A stretch of DNA of 39,388 nucleotides. It comes from Octopus bimaculoides. Its lineage: Eukaryota. The notes below the pieces were generated by a model. That model ran no database searches. It was not told where the DNA came from and saw only the letters and a list, made by a program, of their open reading frames with translations. The position numbers were made by a program, and so were the translations under genes. Every line of letters begins with the position of its first letter. Within the stretch, counting starts at the first letter, position 1. Of the stretch, positions 23,860 through 35,347 are shown piece by piece. The stretch is from assembly GCF_001194135.2 (NCBI RefSeq), contig NC_068983.1, forward strand, positions 48,315,505 to 48,354,892, written 5' to 3'.

Positions 23860-24130
23860 TGATGTGAAGGATTGACTAGGACATTGACACGATGAGGATG
23901 ATGATGATGATAAGAATGATGATGATGATGTAGTTGATGACTGCGTAGACGATGATCGAAGAAGGAGGATCATAAAGGCACTGATGGTGGTAGAGTTGGT
24001 GGTAGTGGTGGTGGTGGTGTCGGTGGTAATTCTCAAGATATTTATAATGTTGTTGTTGTTGCTGATGATGGTCATAAGGCGGAAAGACCTAGTGACCGTG
24101 TTGATGGTAGTAGTTGTGGCTGGTATAAAA
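23860..24130. repeat. GAT/GGT/GTT trinucleotide low-complexity tract
   Basis: Direct. Confidence 0.85.
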
Positions 24131-24284
24131 GAGAGAATGATAATTCGGGAGGTAATGAAGAATGAAAGAAACGTAAAGGAAAAACGTATATTGGTTACTA
24201 ATTTGGGCAAGTCCATTACGTCGAGTCCAGTGATTAACTGGTATTTCATTTTATCAAAAAAAACAAAAAAAAAAAAACAAACAA

Positions 24285-24393
24285 TGGCAGTTAAAGTCGA
24301 CTGCGTCAGAATTCGAACTCAGAAACTAAAGACGGACGAAATGCTGCGAAGCGTTTTGCACAGCGTGCTAACGATTCTGCCAGCTCGCCGCCT
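24285..24393 (-). mobile_element. SINE family A/C tRNA-like head
   Basis: Minus strand AGGCGGCGAGCTGGCAGAATCGTTAGCACG...GAGTTCGAATTCTGACGCAGTCGAC. Confidence 0.82.
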
Positions 24394-24667
24394 ACGCTGT
24401 GAAACGAAGGTTACTTTAATCCTAATGACGACGACAGCGATGACAATGATGATGATGATGAGGCGGAGAAGGAGGGGGGGAAGAGGAGGATGGGGAAGAC
24501 GAGGGGGAGGTGAGTCAGGGATTGAAGGAAGAATTTAAAAGAGGAGGAGGGGGTAATGCAAATTGATGATGTTGGAAACGATGAAAGGAAATACGATGTT
24601 ACTTGTAATTACGATGACGATGATGATGATGACGATAATGCTTATTATAACTCGGGTGAGTTTAGGC

Positions 24668-25076
24668 TTATTCTTTCATGTGTTTCAGTCATTTGATTGC
24701 GGCCATGCTGGAGCACCGACTTTAGTCGAGTAAATCTACCCCAGGACCTATTCTTTGTGAGCCTAGTACTTATTCTATCGGTGACTTCGGCCGGACCACT
24801 ATATTACGAGAACGTAAACAAACCAGCATCGGTTCTCAAGCGATGGTGAGGGGGTACAAACATAGACACACAAACATATACATACAGACACATACTTAGG
24901 CGCAGGAGTGTCTGTGTGGTAACCACATGGTCCGTGGTTCAGACTCCTTAACAACAACATGGTCCCGGGTTCAGTCCCACTGCGTGGCATCTTGGGCAAG
25001 TTTCTTGTACTATGGCCTCGAGCCGACCAAAGCCTTGTGAGTGGATTTAGTAGACGGAAACTGGAAGAAACTTGTC

Positions 25077-25143
<67 letters not shown>

Positions 25144-25398
25144 TACACACACACACACACACACATATATACATGTATGTATGTGTGTGTGTGTCTGTTT
25201 GTCCCCCCAGCATCGCATGACAACCGATGCTGATGTGTTTACGTCCCCGAAACTTAGCGGTTCGGCAAATGAAATCGATAGAATAAGTACTGGGTTTAAA
25301 AAAATAAGCTCTGGGGTCGATTTGCTCGACTATAAAGGTGGTACTCCAGCATGGCCGCAATCAAATGACTGAAACAAGTAAAAGAGTAAAACAGTAAG

Positions 25399-25439
<41 letters not shown>

Positions 25440-25585
25440 GACGGGCTTCTATCAGTTTTAGTCTACCAAATCCACTCACAAGGCTTTGGTCGGCCCGAGG
25501 CTATAGTAGAAGACACTTCCCCAAGGTGCCACGCAGTGGTAATTAACCCGAAACCATGTGGTTGGTAAGCAAGCGACTTACCACG
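24668..25585 (-). mobile_element. SINE family B host copy, split by a nested copy
   Basis: Tail half 24668-24896 and head half 25401-25585 are collinear on the minus strand. Confidence 0.85.
24897..25400 (+). mobile_element. SINE family B, full length, nested antiparallel, with duplicated B-box segment
   Basis: Runs from TAGGCGCAGGAGTGTCTGTGTGGT to AAATGACTGAAACAAGTAAAAGAG. The segment CATGGTCCGTGGTTCAGACTCC / CATGGTCCCGGGTTCAGTCCC occurs twice. Confidence 0.87.
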
Positions 25586-25859
25586 TTGACTTTAAAAGTA
25601 TAGAGGAGAAAAAAAAATGGAAAGGCAGAAGAAGGTGGTGGTGGAAAAGGTGAGCAGGTGGCAGCGATGATACGCGTGATAAATACGATTGCGATTACGG
25701 CGACGCAGAAGGGTTGATCAGAAGAGAATGGAGGGTTGATTATTCTGTTAATTGTGTTAAGGGAGGTAGCGAAGAGGAAAGTACATGAAGACTTACAAAC
25801 AGGGTTGAGTAATTCAGTGGAGTATATGCTAATGATGGCTTCCGTAGCGGCGGTGATGA

Positions 25860-26500
25860 TAACGACAACGACGTCGTTACGTCCTCGTTATTATCTTCGA
25901 CGTCGTTGCCGCCGTGGTCTTCGCTCTCCTCCTCCTCCTCCTCCTCACCACCACCATCATCATCACCATCATCATCACTATCACTATCATCATCATCATC
26001 AACACGATCATCAACATGTTCCTCCTCCTCCTCCTCCTCCTCCAACATCATCATCATCATTATCATCGTCATCAACGTCGTCATGGTTGTTGTCACCCTC
26101 ATCCTCATCATTATCATCATCACTAACATCATCGTCACCATAATCATTATATTCATCCCCCTCCTTCTCATCATCCTCATCCCTATCATCGCCGTCGTCG
26201 TCATCACCATCAACCTTCTCCTCCTCTTCTTCCTCCTCTTCCTCTTCTTCCTCCTCCTCTTCCTCTTCTTCCTCCTCTTCCTCCTCTTCTTCCTCCTCTT
26301 CCTCTTCTTCCTCCTCCTCTTTTCCCCCCTCCTCTTCTTCCTCCTCCCCTTCCTCCTCCCTCTCTTCCTCCTCCTCTTCTTCCTCCTCTTCCTCCTCCCT
26401 CTCTTCCTCCTCCCCTTCTTCCTCCTCTTCCTCCTTATCACCATTAATACCATCAGAATTGTCATCGCGTCGCCATCTTCCTCCCTCTCGCCATTCACCA
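25860..26500. repeat. Compound CAT/CCT/CTT trinucleotide tract including a 223-nt pure pyrimidine run (26214-26436)
   Basis: Direct. Confidence 0.95.
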
Positions 26501-27586
26501 TCACGATTGTGACGAAAGTTTTGCGTCGTTTTCGGCTAACTTTACTCAATCTTCGTCGTCTGTGTTTAAAATCTCTATATAGAGTAATGTTGTCATTAAA
26601 ACCAATTGCTATTAACTTCACTTCTAAAGAGACACATTTTAATTTCGATCAGCAAAGCAATTAAGGAAATGACGAATCGGTAATTGAAACGCGTACGAAA
26701 GAATTAGTTTAGCGTCTTTAATATGTTAACGTAGTAAGCGAAACAATGTGTTACTACCTTTCCTTGAAATATCGAGAAGCTTACTTTACATACTTCGTGA
26801 CCGCCAATACAATGTTACCATACATATACCAGGTCAGCACAAATGTATGTAAGCAGGCTGCTGCTTTCTGTTTTATATTTCCAGCTAAAATCTAACCGTA
26901 TAAATCTTCGTGTATTTTCATGTTGAAGACGGTAGGGATGATGATCGGCTTTCCGAATCAATAGTTTGGTAGAAGCATATACTGTGAAGTTTACTCTTTT
27001 ACTCGTTTCAGTCATTTGACTGTGGCCATGCAGGAGCACCGCCTTTAGTCATGCAGATCGACCATAGGACTTATTCTGTGTAAGCCGAGTACTTATTCTA
27101 TCGAACTCTTTTGCCGAACCGCTAAGTTACGTGGACGTAGACACACCAGCATTGGTTGTCAAGCGATGTTTGGGGAGGGACAAACAGAGACACACAAACA
27201 CACATACACATACATATACATATATACGATGGGCTTCTTTCAGTTTCCGTCTATCAAATCCCCTCACAAGGCTTTGGTCGGCCCGAGGCTATAGTAGAAA
27301 ACAAGCCCAAGGTGCCACGCAGTGGGACTGAACCCGGAACATGTGCTTGAGAAGCAAGCTACTTTATTTCATTGAATTAACCACAAGGGCTGTATATAGA
27401 GTGGTAGCTGCGGGCTGGACAAAGACATAAATGTGATGAGGATGATAACAAAAGGTGAATAAAAATGAGAGGCACCGACGCCCGCCGATCGATAACATCT
27501 CGAAAACATTGTTCAATACAAATCCAATAAAAGTCAAAAATTCAATGGCAGTTCAATAAAGTTCAATAAAAGTTCTTTTTAAAGAT

Positions 27587-28870
27587 CTAATCTTCCTCAT
27601 CCGGGCCTCCAAGCAAGTGTCTCGTCGCCATCAGGAGATCTCGCAGTGGCAATCCCGGAAGAGCATAAATAAAATCCTCTTTTTGACAGGTCTTTTCGAC
27701 CTCCATGACTTCACTATGATTTAAGACCTCCGCAGCCACCTGCGGAGGCCAACGTGGGTGGTCTATTAATACCGAGTCGTAACGCTCACGGTCAAATAGA
27801 TCATCCAGACACNNNNNNNNNNNNNNNNNNNNNNNNNNNNNNNNNNNNNNNNNNNNNNNNNNNNNNNNNNNNNNNNNNNNNNNNNNNNNNNNNNNNNNNN
27901 NNNNNNNNNNNNNNNNNNNNNNNNNNNNNNNNNNNNNNNNNNNNNNNNNNNNNNNNNNNNNNNNNNNNNNNNNNNNNNNNNNNNNNNNNNNNNNNNNNNN
28001 NNNNNNNNNNNNNNNNNNNNNNNNNNNNNNNNNNNNNNNNNNNNNNNNNNNNNNNNNNNNNNNNNNNNNNNNNNNNNNNNNNNNNNNNNNNNNNNNNNNN
28101 NNNNNNNNNNNNNNNNNNNNNNNNNNNNNNNNNNNNNNNNNNNNNNNNNNNNNNNNNNNNNNNNNNNNNNNNNNNNNNNNNNNNNNNNNNNNNNNNNNNN
28201 NNNNNNNNNNNNNNNNNNNNNNNNNNNNNNNNNNNNNNNNNNNNNNNNNNNNNNNNNNNNNNNNNNNNNNNNNNNNNNNNNNNNNNNNNNNNNNNNNNNN
28301 NNNNNNNNNAGGAGGGCGTCCTTCCAAAATCACTGGATACCTTGCCTGAGACGTTCTTAAAAAGTCTGGATACACCAGACTCGCAATCGACTGGGACCAA
28401 AGGGTCAACACCGACTTTGACCCCTCCCAGTCAATTCCTGGCAAAATTTCTACATTGAGGAGCTTGGTTCCGGTGCAGCCCAGACCCCGGCGGAAAGAAT
28501 CCTCTATCCACTCGGGCTTTATTCCAGGCGGCAACCCGCACACCCAAGCCCTCGTTATTTTTTGTCTACAATATGTGGGCAGAAACAAAATTTCTTTGCC
28601 CTCAATGGGCCCACTCGCAAATTTGCGTGCTTCACTCCGGGAGTCAAAAAGCAACCACACGGTTGCATATTTGACTCTCCTTGAAATATATTTAAAGTTG
28701 GCATTCACATTCATAAGTTCATTTCCAATAACAGTTTGAGGAAAGACAGTGACGCTATCCTACACCTTTGAGTAGGTTCGGAGCGTCACTTTTCTTCCCT
28801 CCATTTCTTTCAACCACTGCTTGGGTGGGCACAGTTCCCACTCCAAGACAGTGTTGCCCTTTTTTGCCAT
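27587..28870 (-). pseudogene. Gag/ORF1-like nucleic-acid-binding protein with one premature stop
   Basis: Starts MAKKGNTVLEWELC at 28870, with an in-frame TAG at codon 37. Continues through ISRRVKYATVWLLF...AWVCGLPPGIKPEWI...YPVILEGRPP (RRM-like regions, and a GRPP motif that precedes CCHC knuckles in L1/Tx1 ORF1) into the gap. Frame after the gap is unverified. Confidence 0.7.
27813..28309. other. Assembly gap inside the ORF1 element (other gaps near 5689, 7156, 11318, 17319, 21741, 23327, 32602, 38763)
   Basis: Runs of N. The other gaps border simple repeats on at least one side; this one is flanked by non-repetitive coding sequence on both sides. Confidence 0.98.
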
Positions 28871-29559
28871 GCTCAACAAAAAAGTTCAGAAAATAGTTCA
28901 CAAACAAGTTAATAAAAAAGTTCACAAAAAAACAAACCAAATACAAAAGAACAGAAAGACAGAGCAGAGAAAACGAAAGAAGGAAGACAGTTTAAGTCAC
29001 AGCAACACAATTCCGGCCACCAGCAATACTCACAGGTATTCCAATAAAGGTATTCCAATAAAGGTAATCCAGGGTCACAGCAGCAGAATTTTCACAAGTT
29101 TTGAGGAGGCGAGATACGCCCACAAAAACAACAATTCTCGCAAGGTGAGACACAAAATGTTTTCACGAAACACAATTTGCTCACTAAATGAGCAACAACT
29201 TAAAGCCGCCGAAAGCAAACGGAACTGCCCCAGAGCTATACGAAATTTACTGAAAAAAAATTGAAACACAATAAATTACACACAGCTCAAAAAACAATTC
29301 CACCTACTTCGGTCGACTTCACACATTTTCAATTTTGGACAGCATTAAACACAGTATCCACTTTGGTTCAACTGGAAGCAGCTAATGCGCAAGACCGGAA
29401 GCTAGCTACTTACCACACAGCCACTCCTGCGCCTATGTTTTGTTCTGAATTCATATTCTCCAAAGAGTATATCATATATTATTTTCGCCTTTCGTTCTTT
29501 CAGGGTCGATAAAATTAAGCACCAGTCAGATAGAATGACCAATTTATTGGACTATATCC

Positions 29560-29740
29560 TATCCGTCCGTCCATCCGTCCGTCGATCGATCCATCCATCC
29601 ATCCACCCAGCCAGCCATTCCTCCATCCATCTATCTTTCTGTCCGTCCTTCTCCTGTCCTTCTGTCCATCATCCCGCTTTCCCTTACGTCCGTCTTTCTG
29701 TTAGCCCCTCCGTCCGTTCGTCGGACGTTCCTCCATCACT
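29560..29740. repeat. (TCCA/TCCG)n degenerate tetranucleotide repeat
   Basis: Direct. Confidence 0.85.
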
Positions 29741-30003
29741 CTGTATATTGTCTCTACTCCCTAACCTCCATTACTGGGAGTTTCGTAAGTGTCCCTTCTC
29801 CGTAAAGTCCTATCAGAAGCAACCATCATTACACATTCCTACTGAATTCCCAAGTGTGACGAACTTAACACTGAATATAATCAAACCATCTTCATCTTGC
29901 TCCTTTCCATTTATTGGAATGTATATTACGGTTTTTATAAATCGATATAGTTATAGTGGGCGACCGAATAGAAGGAGCATCGAATAAAATACGTTTCAGT
30001 ATT

Positions 30004-30098
30004 TTCAATAAACACTCACAATACCCGATCTGGGAATCGAAACCTCGCTCCTACGACTGCGAGTCCGCTGACATAACCACTGGGCCATTGCGCCTCCA
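30004..30098 (-). mobile_element. tRNA-derived SINE family D head
   Basis: Minus strand GGAGGCGCAATGGCCCAGTGGTTATGTCAGCGGACTCGCAGTCGTAGGAGCGAGGTTTCGATTCCC has A-box and B-box, then continues into non-tRNA sequence. Confidence 0.72.
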
Positions 30099-30439
30099 CA
30101 GGTATCACTACTAATGTGAACAGAAATAGAAGTGGGGAGAGTGAATCCCCAGATTCATTAGGGTGTAGGGAATACGTCTTTTCGTTCTAACTTCAAATTT
30201 CACCGAGGTTAATTTTTATTTTCTTTCCGCCGGTTGGTGGTGGTGGTGATCAATAAACCCTAGGGCCCCTCTGCTAGGGGAATTAATGGCGTCAAATAAT
30301 TTACTCGTTTTAAAATTTACGGCCTGAAATTTTGGGGAGCTAGTTGATTATATTAACCCTAATGATAACTTAGTACATGTTCCATCAACCCTGAAAGGAT
30401 GAAATACAACAGAACTTAAAAAGGGACGAATTCATTTTT

Positions 30440-30818
30440 TTATGGAAGCACAAGGCCTCAAATTTTGGGGAAGGCATTAAGTTGATCAAATCGACCCCAG
30501 TGCGTAACTGCTACTAATTTTATCGATTCCAAAAGGATGAAAGTCAAAGTCGACCTCTGCGGAATTCGCACTCTGAACGTAACGGCAGATGAAATAGTTA
30601 TTGCCCACAAGGGGCTAAACAGAAGGGACAAACAAGCACAAACAAAGGGATTAAGTCGATTAGGTCGACCCTTGTCCGTAACTGGTACTTATTTAATCGA
30701 TCCCGAAAGGATGAAAGGCAAAGTCGACCTCGGTAGAATTTGAACTCTGAACGTAACGGTAGATGAAATACTGCTAAGCATTTTGCCCGGGGTGCTAACG
30801 ATTCTGCCAGCTCGCCGC
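30440..30818 (-). mobile_element. Composite SINE: family C (30440-30597) joined within its head to family A (30598-30818); a further decayed C copy at 30295-30410
   Basis: Two copies of the GGATGAAAG...AAAGTCGACCTC domain with different tails. Junction GATGAAATA|GTTATTGCCCACAAGGGGC. Confidence 0.83.
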
Positions 30819-31309
30819 TTTTACAAGATTAGATTAATAATGGCCGGACATTTCTTTCCTTGGAAAGAATTCTGGCGTGATGGTTATTGCACTAACTGGA
30901 AAAGTAAAACATACGTGTGTTGAAAATTATTTCTGTCTGGTCTGTCTCAAATTATACAACCTCAAACTATCTCAAATTATTAATATAATGAATCTACTAA
31001 TAACACACTTGCAATGAGTGCAATTATATATATATATATATATTTTTAAGATTTTAACAGGTAGCAATACAATTACTCCAGAATCAAGCTATTTATAGAT
31101 AAGTAGGCTTAGGAAGACAGATTTAAGCCTCTTAAAAATAAGAAATTGTGAATGGGTAAGTGGTTTTGAGATTTTCGTTTACAGTTAGTGTTTTCTAATG
31201 ATGTCGGCCAACTGTAAATGTATGAATACAGAAATAGAGCAAGAAGCAAAACGAAATAAGGCATCCGTTCAGATCGTTTTCCTCAGTTCAATTTCATAAA
31301 AATATTCCA

Positions 31310-31328
31310 TCCCTCCATCCATCCATCC

Positions 31329-31370
<42 letters not shown>

Positions 31371-31371
31371 G
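31310..31371. repeat. (TCCA)n(TCTA)n microsatellite
   Basis: Direct. Confidence 0.95.
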
Positions 31372-32006
31372 GATAAACCTAATGTTACCCCATTTTACAC
31401 TATTGACATTTTCTGTGATATACGATACCCTTTTTTTCCCCTACCGACCCCTTTTGATCGGATTTCTTTTTTTTTTTTTGAAAGAAAAGATCTACAGTTG
31501 TATTTGTCCCCTCTGTGTGCAGCCTTGTGTGGCTAATAAAAGAAAGTTATCTAGCTATCTATCTAAACACTCATCCGTCTCTTTTTAAAATCGGTACCAT
31601 TTTTGGCTTATTTAAGCTAATATTTAAGCTTTTCGCATTACGTACATAGCACTATTAACATTCCTTCGGCATTCTTCTGCTCCTCATCTTATTCCAATTT
31701 TTGTGGCTTACATTCTATTCTTTTTCTTCCATATTTCCTTTAGTTCATTTCTCATGATCTTGAAAACGTTTTCCCATTTTGCTTAAAATATTCTTTTTAA
31801 ATATAAATATTATTGTCAAAATTATAGGTGAAATTTCCAGAAATATTAGAGCACCGTAATATTACGCTGCATTTCGTCTACGTCTGCCGAAATCACTTGG
31901 CCTTAATATGAAAACACCTATTTGTAAAGATATTTAAAGAACACTGCATTGTGTTCACAAAGTTTTCTTATGAATTACATTTCATATTTCTATCTGTTCT
32001 TCACAG

Positions 32007-32182
32007 ATTTTCTAAATATCACATGCTTAGCGATATGTTTTCCAATGCTTGTTTTTGCGATTCGTTACAAATACAGAATCCATAAAAATGTATATGCTTC
32101 GACAGATTGTGAAGAACGCCATATCGTTCTTCTAAGAGGATTCAAAGACAGAAAAAAAGAAAAAATAAATACAAAAAATTAA
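32007..32182 (+). CDS. Candidate terminal exon encoding a transmembrane helix and short basic tail
   Basis: Strong acceptor TTTCATATTTCTATCTGTTCTTCACAG|AT, then FLNITCLAICFPMLVFAI-RYKYRIHK...NTKN*. No homology recognised. Confidence 0.3.
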
Positions 32183-33142
32183 ACGATTACTTGCAAAGAA
32201 TATTATTTGTGTGAGAAAAAATAAGAAGAAAAACGGGAACAAACAAGCAAACAAACCAACAAACAAACAGTTGTGTATCTGCGTGTACTGAACGACATTA
32301 TATATACACTCACAGGCAAGTGTTTACACAAACAGATAGATATGCAAGCGTTCCCCAGAATATATCAATATAATTATGTACGTGTGTGCGTATGCGTGCG
32401 TGTCTGCTTCTGCGTATCTGTGTGGGTGAGCACTTTTGCGGTTCATGTCTATATTTTATCGCTTAAAATAATATATGCTGTTATTTAGTTTATTTCGAAA
32501 ATATTCCAAAGATAGTTAACCATATGAATACATATATTTGTTTATAGTTTTATCGTTATGCATGCATATTTTAATATTCATATATATATATATATATATA
32601 TNNNNNNNNNNNNNNNNNNNNNNNNNNNNNNNNNNNNNNNNNNNNNNNNNNNNNNNNNNNNNNNNNNNNNNNNNNNNNNNNNNNNNNNNNNNNNNNNNNN
32701 NNNNNNNNNNNNNNNNNNNNNNNNNNNNNNNNNNNNNNNNNNNNNNNNNNNNNNNNNNNNNNNNNNNNNNNNNNNNNNNNNNNNNNNNNNNNNNNNNNNN
32801 NNNNNNNNNNNNNNNNNNNNNNNNNNNNNNNNNNNNNNNNNNNNNNNNNNNNNNNNNNNNNNNNNNNNNNNNNNNNNNNNNNNNNNNNNNNNNNNNNNNN
32901 NNNNNNNNNNNNNNNNNNNNNNNNNNNNNNNNNNNNNNNNNNNNNNNNNNNNNNNNNNNNNNNNNNNNNNNNNNNNNNNNNNNNNNNNNNNNNNNNNNNN
33001 NNNNNNNNNNNNNNNNNNNNNNNNNNNNNNNNNNNNNNNNNNNNNNNNNNNNNNNNNNNNNNNNNNNNNNNNNNNNNNNNNNNNNNNNNNNNNNNNNNNN
33101 NNNNNNNNNNNNNNNNNNNNNNNNNNNNNNNNNNNNNNNNNN

Positions 33143-33188
<46 letters not shown>

Positions 33189-34424
33189 CATATATATATA
33201 TATATATATATGGACTTGTTTTTCTATTTCTCTCGTCTATCTTTTCTCTTGGAGAGCCTAGAGTCACATAAATCTCATTTGGCTGATATTGATAGCAGTT
33301 TCTGTCCATCACCTTAAGTATGACACACTGAATGCTGTCATGTGTCGGGTGATATTTAATAACGATTTCTTATCTTACATTTCGATAGTTTCTACAAAGT
33401 ATGTGCTGCAATATATGACTCTTCAGATATATTCACATCGGCAAATTTTTATCCAAATTTTTGCAAGTATACTTCCGCAGACATTACGCTTGGTGTAATC
33501 AGAAGCATACTATTTTATACTCAACGCATAATTGGATATTTTTAATGTGATGTATGTTTTCTATATATTTGAAAGGAACTTTCGAGCATATCGACATTAA
33601 AACTCGAAAAAAGTATTACCTACATAGTGTATATTTACGGTGTTGAAAGATGCTTTGGTTGGAATGAATTCTCTTGAATTCATTCGGTTTGGGCAACGTA
33701 TGTCTGTACAAGGAGGCATATATTTATATATTTTCATTTCTATATGTACTGTTCATATCATATAGTTGGGTTACATGCTATATAGTATGTTTTCATTTTA
33801 GAAGTAGCTATCTAAATCAATTGAAGTGTATTCCAATTGAAGATTTTTCTATATCGTTGTATGATAGGGAAAATGCATATTTCTTAAGGCTATAGCGCTT
33901 TAACTATAGCAAACTTATCATATAAAGGTGTGATACAGATAATGTTACAACGAGTTTTTTTTTTTGTTTTTTGAAAGACATAAGGTTAGAAGTATACAAA
34001 GCTTAGCTATCTGTACGATAGTCTGAAGGGTTTTGTTAGGTCGAACGTTTATTCATTCACTTTTACGAGAAAATGGAAATAAATTACCTGTAAATATAAT
34101 ATAATTAATTGAGAGTATCTGTTCATTCAGATCTAAACACTGATTGTTAGCGAAAATAAATTCTCTAAAGAGGAATTAACCTCTATAAAGCCAATAGATC
34201 GACGATTTGCTCTAAATAGTTATTGCTGAAGGTAAAATTTAATCAACGTTACGCTAATCGTATATATTTCTTATGAAACATAGACAAGTTTAATAAAATG
34301 AAATAATTCAAATAAGTTTGGTGTTGGAGAAAATAATTATTAATTTTAACATAAGGTCGTATGAAATATATGACTGAAATTGTTGTATACAGTAATCAGG
34401 TGCACTATAATTAAGAAAAAAGCC

Positions 34425-34550
34425 ATGAAGGGTACTGTTGGCCGATTTCCAGAAGCATGGAAGGTTTGAAGGATGTAATGTCTCGCCAGCTAATGACTGA
34501 TCCAGGTAGTTTATTCCATGCTTCAACAATTCTGGGCGAGATGTAAAATT
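34425..34550 (-). mobile_element. CR1-type LINE 3' end fragment
   Basis: Minus strand encodes ISPRIVEAWNKLPGSVISWRDITSFK (R.V..WN.LP..V...SFK motif). Confidence 0.72.
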
Positions 34551-35079
34551 ACAAAAAGGAACAAATTTCTCTTGGTTATAACAACCTCATACACTGAATT
34601 TTTAATATATCAGCTTACTAACTAAATATATGCACAACTTCATTAATAGTTACAATGGTGATAATTCTGCCCAGACATTTAAATATTTTGCAGATTTATT
34701 TAAGTTTTAGAATACAAATGTATTCTTGCATATCAATAATAGATAATTTCTTTTAGCTAATTTTCTATCAGCTGACATATTAGTACTTCGTTATTTGAGG
34801 TTCATTACATAATTGGAATGCTTTGTTTTATTCGTTGTTTTTATATTTCTGAAAGAGATCTTCATAAAATGTCAGCAACTCGTGAAGTACTTCCTGAAAC
34901 ATTAGAATTTAGTACAACTATATAATTGAACAGATCAATAGATCAGTATTTATCAGGAACAACGAAATACTTTCTCTATTTTCGTCTTCAGCTTTTGCCC
35001 AGTAAAAGACAATGTGTTTTGTTATAACATTATGTCTTGACATTTTTCATCCTTCGTATAACCTCGTTATCATTTATTT

Positions 35080-35250
35080 GTGTCTGTCATTGAACTGTGG
35101 TCATACTGGGACAGCGCCTAGAAGGTGATAGTCGAACAAAGGAAGCAAGCAATTATTTTAAAATCTAGTGCTTATGCAAGCGGTATTTTGTTTTACTGAG
35201 CACTCAGTTATGGTGATGTGAACAAACCCATACCCGTCTTCAAGCTGTTG
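35080..35250 (-). mobile_element. Old, diverged SINE family B 3' half
   Basis: GTCATTGAACTGTGGTCATACTGG...TAGTCGAACAAA...TCAAGCTGTTGTAG is loosely collinear with the other copies. Confidence 0.55.
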
Positions 35251-35294
35251 TAGGAGAGAAATACAATGAAGAAAAAAATACATTCACACACACA

Positions 35295-35347
<53 letters not shown>

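Larger units (their letters stand above)
27365..29397 (-). mobile_element. ORF1-only non-LTR retroelement (Tx1/L1-type gag-like; HAL1-like architecture)
   Basis: TSD GAAGCAAGCTACTT (27351-27364) / GAAGCTAGCTACTT (29398-29411). About 527-nt 5' UTR, one ORF, about 220-nt 3' UTR ending AGCCCTTGTGGTTAATTCAATGAAATA. No RT is seen, but a 497-N gap lies inside. Confidence 0.75.
26991..29435 (-). mobile_element. SINE family B split in its tRNA head by a 2-kb insertion
   Basis: Body 26991-27364 and head tip 29398-29435 (TAGGCGCAGGAGTGGCTGTGTGGTAAGTAGCTAGCTTC) rejoin into a complete copy. Confidence 0.88.

Noticed and set aside
25736-26664. ORFs of 293, 252 and 135 aa with poly-K/R/E/H/S
   Set aside because: They are stop-free only because of trinucleotide low complexity; open on both strands with no domain.
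26884-26930. 47-nt segment between a strong acceptor and a GTAGGG donor
   Set aside because: Stops in all three frames; no evidence of use.
30030-30098. Possible tRNA gene
   Set aside because: It has A/B boxes but no closing acceptor stem and continues into SINE-like sequence; treated as a SINE head.
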